A DNA stretch of 64,000 nt from Anaerolineales bacterium (GTDB lineage Bacteria > Chloroflexota > Anaerolineae > Anaerolineales > UBA11579): NCBI GenBank assembly GCA_963675375.2, contig OY776212.2:3152567-3216566 (forward strand), written 5' to 3'. Position numbers and translations under genes: made by a program. Within the stretch, counting starts at the first letter, position 1, and each line of letters begins with the position of its first letter. The notes under the pieces were generated by a model that did no database searches, was not told where the DNA came from, and saw only the letters and a list, made by a program, of their open reading frames with translations. Shown piece after piece: positions 15,170-23,690 of the stretch.

Positions 15170-17809
15170 ATGAATGCAAAAAGGAAATGGGGCTTAATCA
15201 CGATTGAGATCATAATTTTGGGGGCTTTATTAGTCACCTTGATCTCATTATTATTTCCATATAACACACAAGAATTCTCTGCCGTTTCACAACTAATTAC
15301 TGGAAATATCCAGACCATGGATATCAAAGATTCTCACAATACCCTCACCGCCGTTCATCAAAACCAAATTATCCGCTCCAATCAGCGTGTACTCAGCGAT
15401 CAAGATAGTTCGGGCGAATTTGAATTATTAGATGGACAGGCTTATGTTCGAGTAGAACCTCTTTCAAGCATTGTTTTTGGCGAGTTGGAAAGTTGGGAAG
15501 ATACCAATATCATTCAGATAAACGTGGAAGTAGGAGAAACCATTGTTTCTACTTCTACCTCGAAAATCTCCATTCAAACGCCTTCTGGCAATGCTTTTTT
15601 AATGAATGGCGATTCTACACTTCGCATTTCTGTAGATATTGATACTTTTGAAACTGATTTCAACTGCATAAAAGGTTCATGCTTTGTTGAAAATGAAGTG
15701 ACTCGGGCAATATTGACAGCCGGCCAAAATGTATCTATTGCTAACAAAACTGCTGACTGGATAGTAGACCAACCTATTTATCAATCAACCGTTCCAGATA
15801 CAGTAGAATCAACGGATATTATTGCAGTTCAACCTGAAGTGAAAGCCGCCGAATCAGATAGTGTTATCCGGTCAATGGCTGAATTATCTCCAACACCCAC
15901 CACTGAAGTTGTTCAAGCCAATAATATCATCGTCGTTGAAGAATCCCAAAAGGCAGAGGAAGTTGTTCCAACCAAAGTGCAAAAGGATGAGAATCCTCAA
16001 ACGAATCAACCTGTTCACCCCTCTCCCACTATTGAACCTCCTCAGCCAACCACGGTTCCAGATCAAGAGGAAGGTCACGAAATTGTAGAAATCCCTGATC
16101 AAAGAGCTATCCCCTATTTACTGGCTGCATCTAATTGGGAACTCTCTTCTTACGGTGCATCTGCAAACTTAACCGCTGTCCCCGAAGGACTTTTGTTAAC
16201 TTTCCAATATGACCCCAGCATAAATACCATTACCGGTCAAACCGGTTGTGCCAACTTTACTGGCACGGCCGTTGTAGGCACTAACACGATACAAATCTCC
16301 AACCTCAAAGTACAAAACAACAAGATGGTATGTAGTGCCGGTGCAATCCAATACAGCAATTTGTATATCAGCTTGATTGACCAACTTACACAGTATATTG
16401 TTACAGCTGACAATTTGGTATTAACAACCGCTATGGGCTGGGAACTTCACTACTCTCCAGAACATGCTCAGTCAGGCAACAATACACGTCCTCCCGAAAT
16501 TCCTACCCCAGTAATGCCACCTACAGCCGTACCGCCATCCGGCACTTATTATGTCGACCAGGCTAATGGCTCAGACAATAATGTCGGTACACAAGCAAAA
16601 CCCTGGAAGACGATCCAAAAAGCTGCCAACACCTTATCTGCAGGTGAAACTGTCATTGTGGATGCAGGAAATTATTCAGAACGAGTTTATGTCAACCGTT
16701 CTGGAACATCAAGCGCATCAATTAAGTTCAAAACCCAAGGTACAGTGGTCATGCGTGGGTTTACCATCCGGGCAGATTATATTGAAATCAACGGATTTGA
16801 AATCACAAACACGCCTAATGACTCGACAGATGGCCGTGGCATTTATGTTGAAGGTAAAAAATGCGTGCTTGTCAACAATTATATCCATTACACCACGCGT
16901 GGCGGAATCCTTTTATATGCCGAGCCAGGAAACGAGGATGATACAAGTGGTTGCTTAGTAAAAAATAATCGCTTATATCGAAATTCTCAAAACGGCATTG
17001 ATGTTCGAGGTAAAAATCACGTGATTGAAAATAACGAGATTTGGGCAACCATCCAATACCATCCTACTTGGACAAATGCCCCCTCATACGTAGACGCAGA
17101 TGGTATTCGCTTCTTCGGCAGCGGTCATACCTTCCGCGGGAATTACATTCACGACATCACTTTAGATGCACCAGAAAATGTCAATCCACATATCGATGGA
17201 TTCCAAACCTGGGATGAATCTCTGGTTAGAGCAGGAAGCAACTGTCTCTTTGAGAGAAATACGATTGAATTAGGACGAACAGCAACTGCCTTCCAGCTAG
17301 AAGGTGGCACACATGACCTCACAATCCGTAATAACATTATTGCTGCCTATGGTGGCATTCGATCCTATAAAAATGGGCAATCACCTGTCACCACACCATA
17401 CAATTTCTATATCTACAATAACTTGTTCATTGGTAAGTTAAGTTACAAAAACGATGGGTATCCGGTTGGGATGGGTATTCGTGAAACATCAAACGTTATT
17501 ATCAAAAATAATATGCTTGTCAACCAAACCGGCGCCGCCATTTATCTCGAAAACGATTCTGGTGTCGACATGGACTACAATCTATTTTTCAACACAGATG
17601 GTTCCACTCCGAACGCGACAAAACAAGCTCACGATCTTTGGATGGTAGACCCCAAATTCATCGATATTGGTGCCGGAAATTATCACTTGCAAAACAACTC
17701 TCAAGCCATTAATGCCGGCATAAATGTACCTGTGAGCAATGATTTTGACGGTAATTCCCGCCCAACCGGTGGGGCTTATGATATCGGAGCTTTTGAATTC
17801 CAACCGTAG
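15170..17809 (+). CDS. Membrane-anchored extracellular multidomain protein: N-terminal TM helix, Pro/Thr-rich linkers, META (HslJ-like) domain, C-terminal right-handed parallel beta-helix domain
   Basis: 879 aa. TM helix WGLITIEIIILGALLVTLISLLF. META-like segment WELSSYGASANL...ITGQTGCANFTGTAVVG...MVCSAG. Beta-helix repeats NNYIH/NNRLY/NNEIW/RNNII, and a C-terminal DFDGNSRP...YDIGAFEF. Confidence 0.6.
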   Translation: MNAKRKWGLITIEIIILGALLVTLISLLFPYNTQEFSAVSQLITGNIQTMDIKDSHNTLTAVHQNQIIRSNQRVLSDQDSSGEFELLDGQAYVRVEPLSSIVFGELESWEDTNIIQINVEVGETIVSTSTSKISIQTPSGNAFLMNGDSTLRISVDIDTFETDFNCIKGSCFVENEVTRAILTAGQNVSIANKTADWIVDQPIYQSTVPDTVESTDIIAVQPEVKAAESDSVIRSMAELSPTPTTEVVQANNIIVVEESQKAEEVVPTKVQKDENPQTNQPVHPSPTIEPPQPTTVPDQEEGHEIVEIPDQRAIPYLLAASNWELSSYGASANLTAVPEGLLLTFQYDPSINTITGQTGCANFTGTAVVGTNTIQISNLKVQNNKMVCSAGAIQYSNLYISLIDQLTQYIVTADNLVLTTAMGWELHYSPEHAQSGNNTRPPEIPTPVMPPTAVPPSGTYYVDQANGSDNNVGTQAKPWKTIQKAANTLSAGETVIVDAGNYSERVYVNRSGTSSASIKFKTQGTVVMRGFTIRADYIEINGFEITNTPNDSTDGRGIYVEGKKCVLVNNYIHYTTRGGILLYAEPGNEDDTSGCLVKNNRLYRNSQNGIDVRGKNHVIENNEIWATIQYHPTWTNAPSYVDADGIRFFGSGHTFRGNYIHDITLDAPENVNPHIDGFQTWDESLVRAGSNCLFERNTIELGRTATAFQLEGGTHDLTIRNNIIAAYGGIRSYKNGQSPVTTPYNFYIYNNLFIGKLSYKNDGYPVGMGIRETSNVIIKNNMLVNQTGAAIYLENDSGVDMDYNLFFNTDGSTPNATKQAHDLWMVDPKFIDIGAGNYHLQNNSQAINAGINVPVSNDFDGNSRPTGGAYDIGAFEFQP

Positions 17810-17830
17810 CAAGAAATTGCATATAAAAAA

Positions 17831-17865
17831 TACAGCCTCCCTTTAGAACGGAGGCTGTATTTTTA
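17831..17865. terminator. Intrinsic terminator (bidirectional appearance)
   Basis: TACAGCCTCC - 9 nt - GGAGGCTGTA followed by TTTTTA and preceded by AAAAAA. Lies 22 nt after the stop at 17809. Confidence 0.75.
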
Positions 17866-17931
17866 TAAACGAATAGTAAATCTAACATATAATAGAAAGA
17901 TAACAATAATCATTTTCAAAATCATACTCCT

Positions 17932-19338
17932 ATGAAGAAGCTATCAATATTATTAATCATCCTATTTCTCCATGCTTGCCAAAGCGCTCCACCAATTACC
18001 ACCACCCCAAAAACAAATAATTTTATTAGTACTCCTACCAAACAATCAGAAGATGCCGAACAAACTGAGTGGCAATATTATGTTAATGGAACTACCGGAT
18101 CAGATCTAAATCTCGGCACACAAGATAATCCTTGGCGGACGATTCAGCACGCAGCAGATAACATCGTTCCGGGAGATACTGTAAATATTCTTGAAGGGGA
18201 ATACGCCGAGCGGGTACACATCACCATTTCCGGAACAGAAGAAAAGCCGATCACTTTCCTAGCTATTGGAAACGTAGTAACCCAGGGTTTTACTATCCAG
18301 GCTGATTATATTACTATACAAAATTTCGAAATCACCAACACCTCCAATCAATTTGCAGATGGCCGGGGTATCTACGTCCATGGAAGCGGATGCCTGCTTG
18401 AAAACAACTATATACACAATACAACCCGCGGCGGCATATTATTATTTGCCGAGCCAGGAGAAGAACAACAAACCTCAAACTGTACCCTTCGCAATAACAA
18501 ACTTTACCAAAATTCTCAAAACGGGATTGATGTTCGCGGCACAAACCATCTGATTGAGGGAAACGAAATTTGGGCATCAATCCAATATCATCCAAATTGG
18601 ATCGAACCTCCACTTTGGGTAGACGCAGATGGCATCCGGTTTTTCGGAAGTGGTCATATTTTCAGACATAACTACATCCATGATATATCGCTAGACCAAA
18701 AAGAAAACATTGACCCTCATATTGATGCCTTTCAAACTTGGGATCAAGAAGATATGGAAGCCGGAAATAACTGCCTTTTTGAAAACAACTTGATTATATT
18801 GAGTGGGGATTTAACAACAGGATTCCAACTAGAGGGTGGAGTTCATGACCTTATTTTAAGAAATAACATTGTGCAAACATTTGCTGGTGTACGCGCTTAC
18901 CGCAACGGCTCCGAATTGGAAACCTTCCCGGAAAATATAGAAATCTACCATAATTTATTTATCGGAAAACTCACTTACAATCCAACATCATACCCGGTTG
19001 GGGTGTCCCTAAAAAGTGTAATCTCCGCCCAAATAAAGAATAATATTTTTTTAGACCAGGTTGGGCGGATAATTGTTCTTGATAATGCAGAAGATGTAAT
19101 CGCTGATTACAATTTGTTTTACAACTCGAACAACAGCCCATTATCAGGCAGCCCTCAACCTAATGATTTATGGAATACCAACCCTTTATTTATTGACCCG
19201 GTGAATGGGGATTATCACTTACAACCCGAATCGCCGGCAATCAATGCTGGCACCTATGTAAATGTCGATCAGGATTATGATGGCAACCTACGGGATAAAA
19301 ATACAGTAGATATTGGTCCGTTTGAATTCACTCCATAA
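17932..19338 (+). CDS. Lipoprotein with right-handed parallel beta-helix domain; paralogue of the C-terminal ~400 aa of the upstream gene
   Basis: 468 aa. Lipobox LFLHAC. Aligns by eye along its length with 15170-17809: GRGIYV, TTRGGILL(F/Y)AEPG, NSQNGIDVRG, VDADGIRFFGSGH, HID(A/G)FQTWD, FQLEGG(V/T)HDL, YNLF(Y/F)N, GDYHLQ, DIGPFEF. Confidence 0.65.
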   Translation: MKKLSILLIILFLHACQSAPPITTTPKTNNFISTPTKQSEDAEQTEWQYYVNGTTGSDLNLGTQDNPWRTIQHAADNIVPGDTVNILEGEYAERVHITISGTEEKPITFLAIGNVVTQGFTIQADYITIQNFEITNTSNQFADGRGIYVHGSGCLLENNYIHNTTRGGILLFAEPGEEQQTSNCTLRNNKLYQNSQNGIDVRGTNHLIEGNEIWASIQYHPNWIEPPLWVDADGIRFFGSGHIFRHNYIHDISLDQKENIDPHIDAFQTWDQEDMEAGNNCLFENNLIILSGDLTTGFQLEGGVHDLILRNNIVQTFAGVRAYRNGSELETFPENIEIYHNLFIGKLTYNPTSYPVGVSLKSVISAQIKNNIFLDQVGRIIVLDNAEDVIADYNLFYNSNNSPLSGSPQPNDLWNTNPLFIDPVNGDYHLQPESPAINAGTYVNVDQDYDGNLRDKNTVDIGPFEFTP

Positions 19339-19361
19339 TTCATCACTGCATCAACCAGGGA

Positions 19362-19940
19362 TCAAGAAACTCGTTCTAACCACTCTTCTCGCCAAAAATA
19401 AAAACAAGCTCTGTCGCAATGCTCATATCTTTCGTCCCCTTCGCAAATTAACCCCTCTAGCAACACAAGCCCTTTTGCTTCCTTCAATCGGAGATCACGT
19501 TCATCCACAAAAATTTTTACCGGCTTGAATACAGTTTGTTCTGTACCGATATATTTTTTCATTCCTAACATAAACCCACACCCTTTAAAATCCCCTCTTT
19601 TATCAAGTGTTAGTGCGATCTCATCCCACGACCGCACTCGAACTTTCTCACCAGCCTTTAAATTTAGTATTGGAAATGGAGGGGGTGGAATTGAAGGTTT
19701 TTCCTGAATCCTGAAGATTTTTCTGAAAGCACGCGCGGTTTTTTTATATCTTTGTTTTAACCTCTGCCGCTTTTGATGGCTGATCAATAATTTAATCCGT
19801 ATCTTTAGCGGCAAACGATTATTGATCACCTCTCCAGTAGAGAGCATAGGCAATTGACAAATCTGGCACCCAATTGTAGAAGGCTTCTTTCCCCTAATCT
19901 GATACTGATAATTAAAATTCATCATTCTCTCCTGAATCAC
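19362..19940 (-). CDS. Hypothetical protein (basic N-terminal half, conserved-looking C-terminal ~100 aa). No family recognised.
   Basis: 192-aa ORF convergent with 17932-19338. Very basic stretch KIRIKLLISHQKRQRLKQRYKKTARAFRK, then PPPPFP, then a Cys-containing domain ...CEGDERYEHCDRACFYFWREEWLE. The true start may be internal. Confidence 0.35.
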   Translation of the reverse strand: MIQERMMNFNYQYQIRGKKPSTIGCQICQLPMLSTGEVINNRLPLKIRIKLLISHQKRQRLKQRYKKTARAFRKIFRIQEKPSIPPPPFPILNLKAGEKVRVRSWDEIALTLDKRGDFKGCGFMLGMKKYIGTEQTVFKPVKIFVDERDLRLKEAKGLVLLEGLICEGDERYEHCDRACFYFWREEWLERVS

Positions 19941-20082
19941 TAAGTATTAATGAGAGCTTTCTGATTATGTTAGCGTGTCGATTGTTTATTGTCTATATCC
20001 AGAGATTGCGCTCAGACTAACATCAAACTCCTTCAAAATAACTCATAATTAAAGAATATTACTTTCTCTAAATAATCTTTGA

Positions 20083-20805
20083 TTAACTTTCTCGTGTCAT
20101 TTTTTTCTGATTTGAGCTGTCAATTGCATCAAGAATTTCTGATTGGAAAACTTGCTGTAAAATTTTAATATTTGGCATTACACAGTGCCCGCCAATCACA
20201 CCAGGGAAAAATTTAACCGGTGGCAAGTAACCAATTTCTTCATAAAAGGATACAACTTCATCATACTCCAAGTTCAAGGCATCGCAATACCTTTCGACCT
20301 CTTGCGCCCAGGCAATTAAAAGACCGAAATATGTCGTGCATGAGAGTTTTGCCAGTTCCACCGCTTCTGGCGAGGAAAGGACTTTCGTCTTCATTCCAAC
20401 TGACTGGAAATGCTTTGCCGCTGCTTGGGCACTGGCTTCGTCAATTCCCCCCACAAACTTCGAATAATATCGTAAATCCTCTTTCATTTTCACATGTTTA
20501 CCACGCACCGGGCTGTAAGCAATTGGTAACTGTATGCGTTCATAAATTTCTCTGGTTGTCCCCGGCAAAATCGTACTGTTTATTATTGTCAGTTGAGGTT
20601 GATATTTTTCGATATATGCCACACAAGTCCCAACAAAATCATCCACCTGAAATGGGATTGCAATATGCATGATCCCAACCTTATCATCAATTTCGACCGG
20701 ATCAATATCTATCCCTGTCACCTCTTGATGTTCAGAAATTACCTCATACAACGGCTTCCCCACTTCTCCTAAACCAATAACTAATGTACGTCCTTTAATC
20801 TCCAT
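20083..20805 (-). CDS. Short nucleotide-sugar dehydrogenase-like protein (UDP-glucose/GDP-mannose dehydrogenase family N-terminal and central parts only)
   Basis: 240 aa. Rossmann N-terminus TLVIGLGEVGKPL. GGHCVMPN resembles the catalytic GGHC(I/L) motif of WecC/Cap5O-type dehydrogenases. The C-terminal UDP-binding domain is missing. Confidence 0.45.
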   Translation of the reverse strand: MEIKGRTLVIGLGEVGKPLYEVISEHQEVTGIDIDPVEIDDKVGIMHIAIPFQVDDFVGTCVAYIEKYQPQLTIINSTILPGTTREIYERIQLPIAYSPVRGKHVKMKEDLRYYSKFVGGIDEASAQAAAKHFQSVGMKTKVLSSPEAVELAKLSCTTYFGLLIAWAQEVERYCDALNLEYDEVVSFYEEIGYLPPVKFFPGVIGGHCVMPNIKILQQVFQSEILDAIDSSNQKKMTRES

Positions 20806-20812
20806 AACTTCT

Positions 20813-22000
20813 CTATCCTCCTATCAGCCCATCTACTAAAGTATAGTAATTTTGTTTTTGATGATTCCAATTATATATTTTTATAAAATTATTCGCTTTA
20901 TTGATAAGCGCTTCCCTTTTATCTCTGTGATGATACAAGTCTAAAATGCAATCTGCCAGCTCTTGTATATTCCCTGAGGAAAAATACAGCACCATGTCGT
21001 CGGTAAAATATGCTTCAATTGTTTTTGTCCGTGTGCAAATTGTTGGCTTCCCAAGAGCCACGTATTCCAACAATTTTACCGGCAGCATATATTGTGTAAA
21101 TTCATCCAAAACCAACGGAACAATCCCCGCATCTGCCTGTTTTAGTCTGGGAACCAGTTCCTCCAAGGGTACCATCCCTTTTGAAATATGAACCAAGTCC
21201 TCTAATTCTAGTGTTTCCACCAAGCCAATTAATCGATCAATATCGTCCCCATCACCAATAATCTCAAATTTCAGGTGTGGGGTCTCATCTTTTATCAGGT
21301 TGACCGCCTGAATAGCCGTCTCAAGTCCATTCCTTAGCGCTACCGTCCCATGGTAAACAAGTTTAAAATTCTCCAAATCAGTTTCTTCTTCATCTTCGGA
21401 AACTGATTCATCCGGCTTAAATACCTGCTCATCAGCTAAATTCAACAATTGGATAAATTTATCTCTTGGATTCCCGTGGCTGCACAGCGCATCCAGATGC
21501 GGCTCATGAACCGCAATTGCCCGATGGGCAAATTTGATACTGGCTTTTTCCACCCAGGTAATAACACGGATCAGTGGATGATTGTTTGCATACCCAAACT
21601 TGGATTGATAAAGTTCAGGCATTAGATCGTGTACATCCAAAATAATCTTTGCGCCCATCATTTTGGGAATCAAGGTTGTGAATACCATAAAATCTGGCAT
21701 CGTATGCACTTGGATGACCGGATATCGCTTTTTGATATATAAACCGGCTACGCGGAAAAAGGCTGACACGAAAAAGCGAAAATATGCCATCAGGTAAGAC
21801 AAAGCGCTGCTACCACGATAACGTGAATGATTGATTTTTTCTAAATGCACTCCATGAAATAATTCTTGCTTTGAGCTCTTCTTCTCACCCAAGCAAATAA
21901 AGTCCACCTCATCCCCGCGAGCAACCAACGATTCCGCCTCCCGTCTCACACGCGAATCGGTGGGGTAATGGGTATAGGCAATCATACAAATTCTAGTCAC
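20813..22000 (-). CDS. GT4-family glycosyltransferase
   Basis: 395 aa. GT-B architecture with an N-terminal ICMIAYTHYPTDSRVRREAESL motif as in GT4-like enzymes, and C-terminal PVKLLEYVALGKP. Confidence 0.65.
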   Translation of the reverse strand: MTRICMIAYTHYPTDSRVRREAESLVARGDEVDFICLGEKKSSKQELFHGVHLEKINHSRYRGSSALSYLMAYFRFFVSAFFRVAGLYIKKRYPVIQVHTMPDFMVFTTLIPKMMGAKIILDVHDLMPELYQSKFGYANNHPLIRVITWVEKASIKFAHRAIAVHEPHLDALCSHGNPRDKFIQLLNLADEQVFKPDESVSEDEEETDLENFKLVYHGTVALRNGLETAIQAVNLIKDETPHLKFEIIGDGDDIDRLIGLVETLELEDLVHISKGMVPLEELVPRLKQADAGIVPLVLDEFTQYMLPVKLLEYVALGKPTICTRTKTIEAYFTDDMVLYFSSGNIQELADCILDLYHHRDKREALINKANNFIKIYNWNHQKQNYYTLVDGLIGG

Positions 22001-22001
22001 T

Positions 22002-23690
22002 TTAACGCTCTCCTCGCTTTAGCGCGATGCTTATCACCTGGCGATTTTCATCCGTAATCATAAATCTCTCAGTTTCCATGTTTTCTATAACAGGCAAGTT
22101 TGATAGAAATGGATTACCCTGCTGAAATTTCACAAAAGCACTCCGGTCATTTGGTGCAACACCGTTTGTCTCAATTTCTATCCTGATTTCATCTCCCACT
22201 ATCTGCACTGAATGAAATTGAATAGCACGCCGATACTTAAACCAATCTACAATTTGCTTTGCGCTGCCAATCCAGGCATTATTTACTTTCAGGCGTTCCA
22301 AAAGCCAGGAATAGAATCGCCCCCACAAACGTTCAGGGGCAAGGCTGCGTGCATGCCAGGAAATGGTTAGCACACCCCCAAATTTTTTCGCTTGAGCAAT
22401 AATCTCGTCACACACCTCTTTTGCCCGAACATTAGAAAGCTTCATTCTTTTTGGGTAAAACAACGAAGTGTCCTGAATATGCATCGGCAATTCATAAATT
22501 TGGCTTACACCTAAAGGTTTAAAAACCTGCGTGGTCCCATTCCGGTAACCCACTGCATCGTTATATCCCCCCGTACTGTCGTAGCTGTACCCCGCCTGCT
22601 CTAATTGGCTAAACGTGTCTTCATCGTGATACAACCAATGCATTCGTACCCCTGAAGCCGCTTCTCCCACAATGGTTGATATCCGCTCCATTTCCAGGCT
22701 GCCCGCTTCAACATCCCGCCAGGCATCAATACCATGTACGGCTATTTCCATCCCCTGTTGAGATAATTTTTTCAGCTTTGATGCAATATTTTCTAGAGAA
22801 TAGTTTGCCGCCCGTTTCTTATCTATCTCTCCAAAAGCATTTACCCCTGGTCGATTCTCAAAAGGAAGCACAAAAAAAGTTGACTTGTAAGGAGATTCCA
22901 TGTCTCCATAGATATCAAATTTATCCCAAATATCTTCAGCCATCCCCAAATAGATAAAGGGAAGTTTTATCACCGCCCACCAATTCTGAAATAACTCCCC
23001 TATTGATAATTCTCTTTGAATAAATCTCAACGGGGTCAAGAGCAAGCTTCGGTAAACGAATCCCCAAAAGGTATGGCCTAATTTGTGGTATCTGATCCCT
23101 GCAAAATCAACATCATGTGTCAGACACCCAAAGAAACTATAACCCGCCGGTACAGGTGGAATTTCAATCACAGCAATGCCTATGCGCAACAAGCAATTCC
23201 TCAATAATTCGATATGCAGTTCAACCGTTGGCGCCAATGCATGGCTGCTTGACTGGCCAGTCATGAGTAAAAATTGAATTTCTTCAAACAGATCATAACC
23301 AAACCGATATACAGCCTGTCCCCTAATATCAATATATATCCCCACAGACACATCATTAGAATGAATAATTTCAATCGAATCGCCACCCTCCCCAACCTCG
23401 CTCAATTTACCATATGCTGGAACGTGATAGGTATCATACCCGAACCCATCCAAATCCTGCCGTTCTATAACTTTAATTTGATGCAGATTATCAACCTCAA
23501 GGGGCAATGATGAATAATAAAGCACCACTTTTGCTGCTATAGGGAAAGGTTCGGAAATGGTAGAGAGGACAACCTCATATTGTTCTTCAGGAACAGCAAA
23601 CTCCCAGGGAGTTTTGAATAACTCAAAAAACTCCCTGACAATCTCCTTTTCTAAGGGGTGGCACAGAACACCAATTTTCGCATTCGTCAT
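22002..23690 (-). CDS. Hypothetical protein with a CE4-superfamily-like (polysaccharide deacetylase fold) central region
   Basis: 562 aa. CLTHDVDFAGIRYH and IAVHGIDAW resemble metal-binding strands of the deacetylase/(beta/alpha)7 barrel superfamily. ATGA overlap with the upstream gene. Confidence 0.4.
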   Translation of the reverse strand: MTNAKIGVLCHPLEKEIVREFFELFKTPWEFAVPEEQYEVVLSTISEPFPIAAKVVLYYSSLPLEVDNLHQIKVIERQDLDGFGYDTYHVPAYGKLSEVGEGGDSIEIIHSNDVSVGIYIDIRGQAVYRFGYDLFEEIQFLLMTGQSSSHALAPTVELHIELLRNCLLRIGIAVIEIPPVPAGYSFFGCLTHDVDFAGIRYHKLGHTFWGFVYRSLLLTPLRFIQRELSIGELFQNWWAVIKLPFIYLGMAEDIWDKFDIYGDMESPYKSTFFVLPFENRPGVNAFGEIDKKRAANYSLENIASKLKKLSQQGMEIAVHGIDAWRDVEAGSLEMERISTIVGEAASGVRMHWLYHDEDTFSQLEQAGYSYDSTGGYNDAVGYRNGTTQVFKPLGVSQIYELPMHIQDTSLFYPKRMKLSNVRAKEVCDEIIAQAKKFGGVLTISWHARSLAPERLWGRFYSWLLERLKVNNAWIGSAKQIVDWFKYRRAIQFHSVQIVGDEIRIEIETNGVAPNDRSAFVKFQQGNPFLSNLPVIENMETERFMITDENRQVISIALKRGER

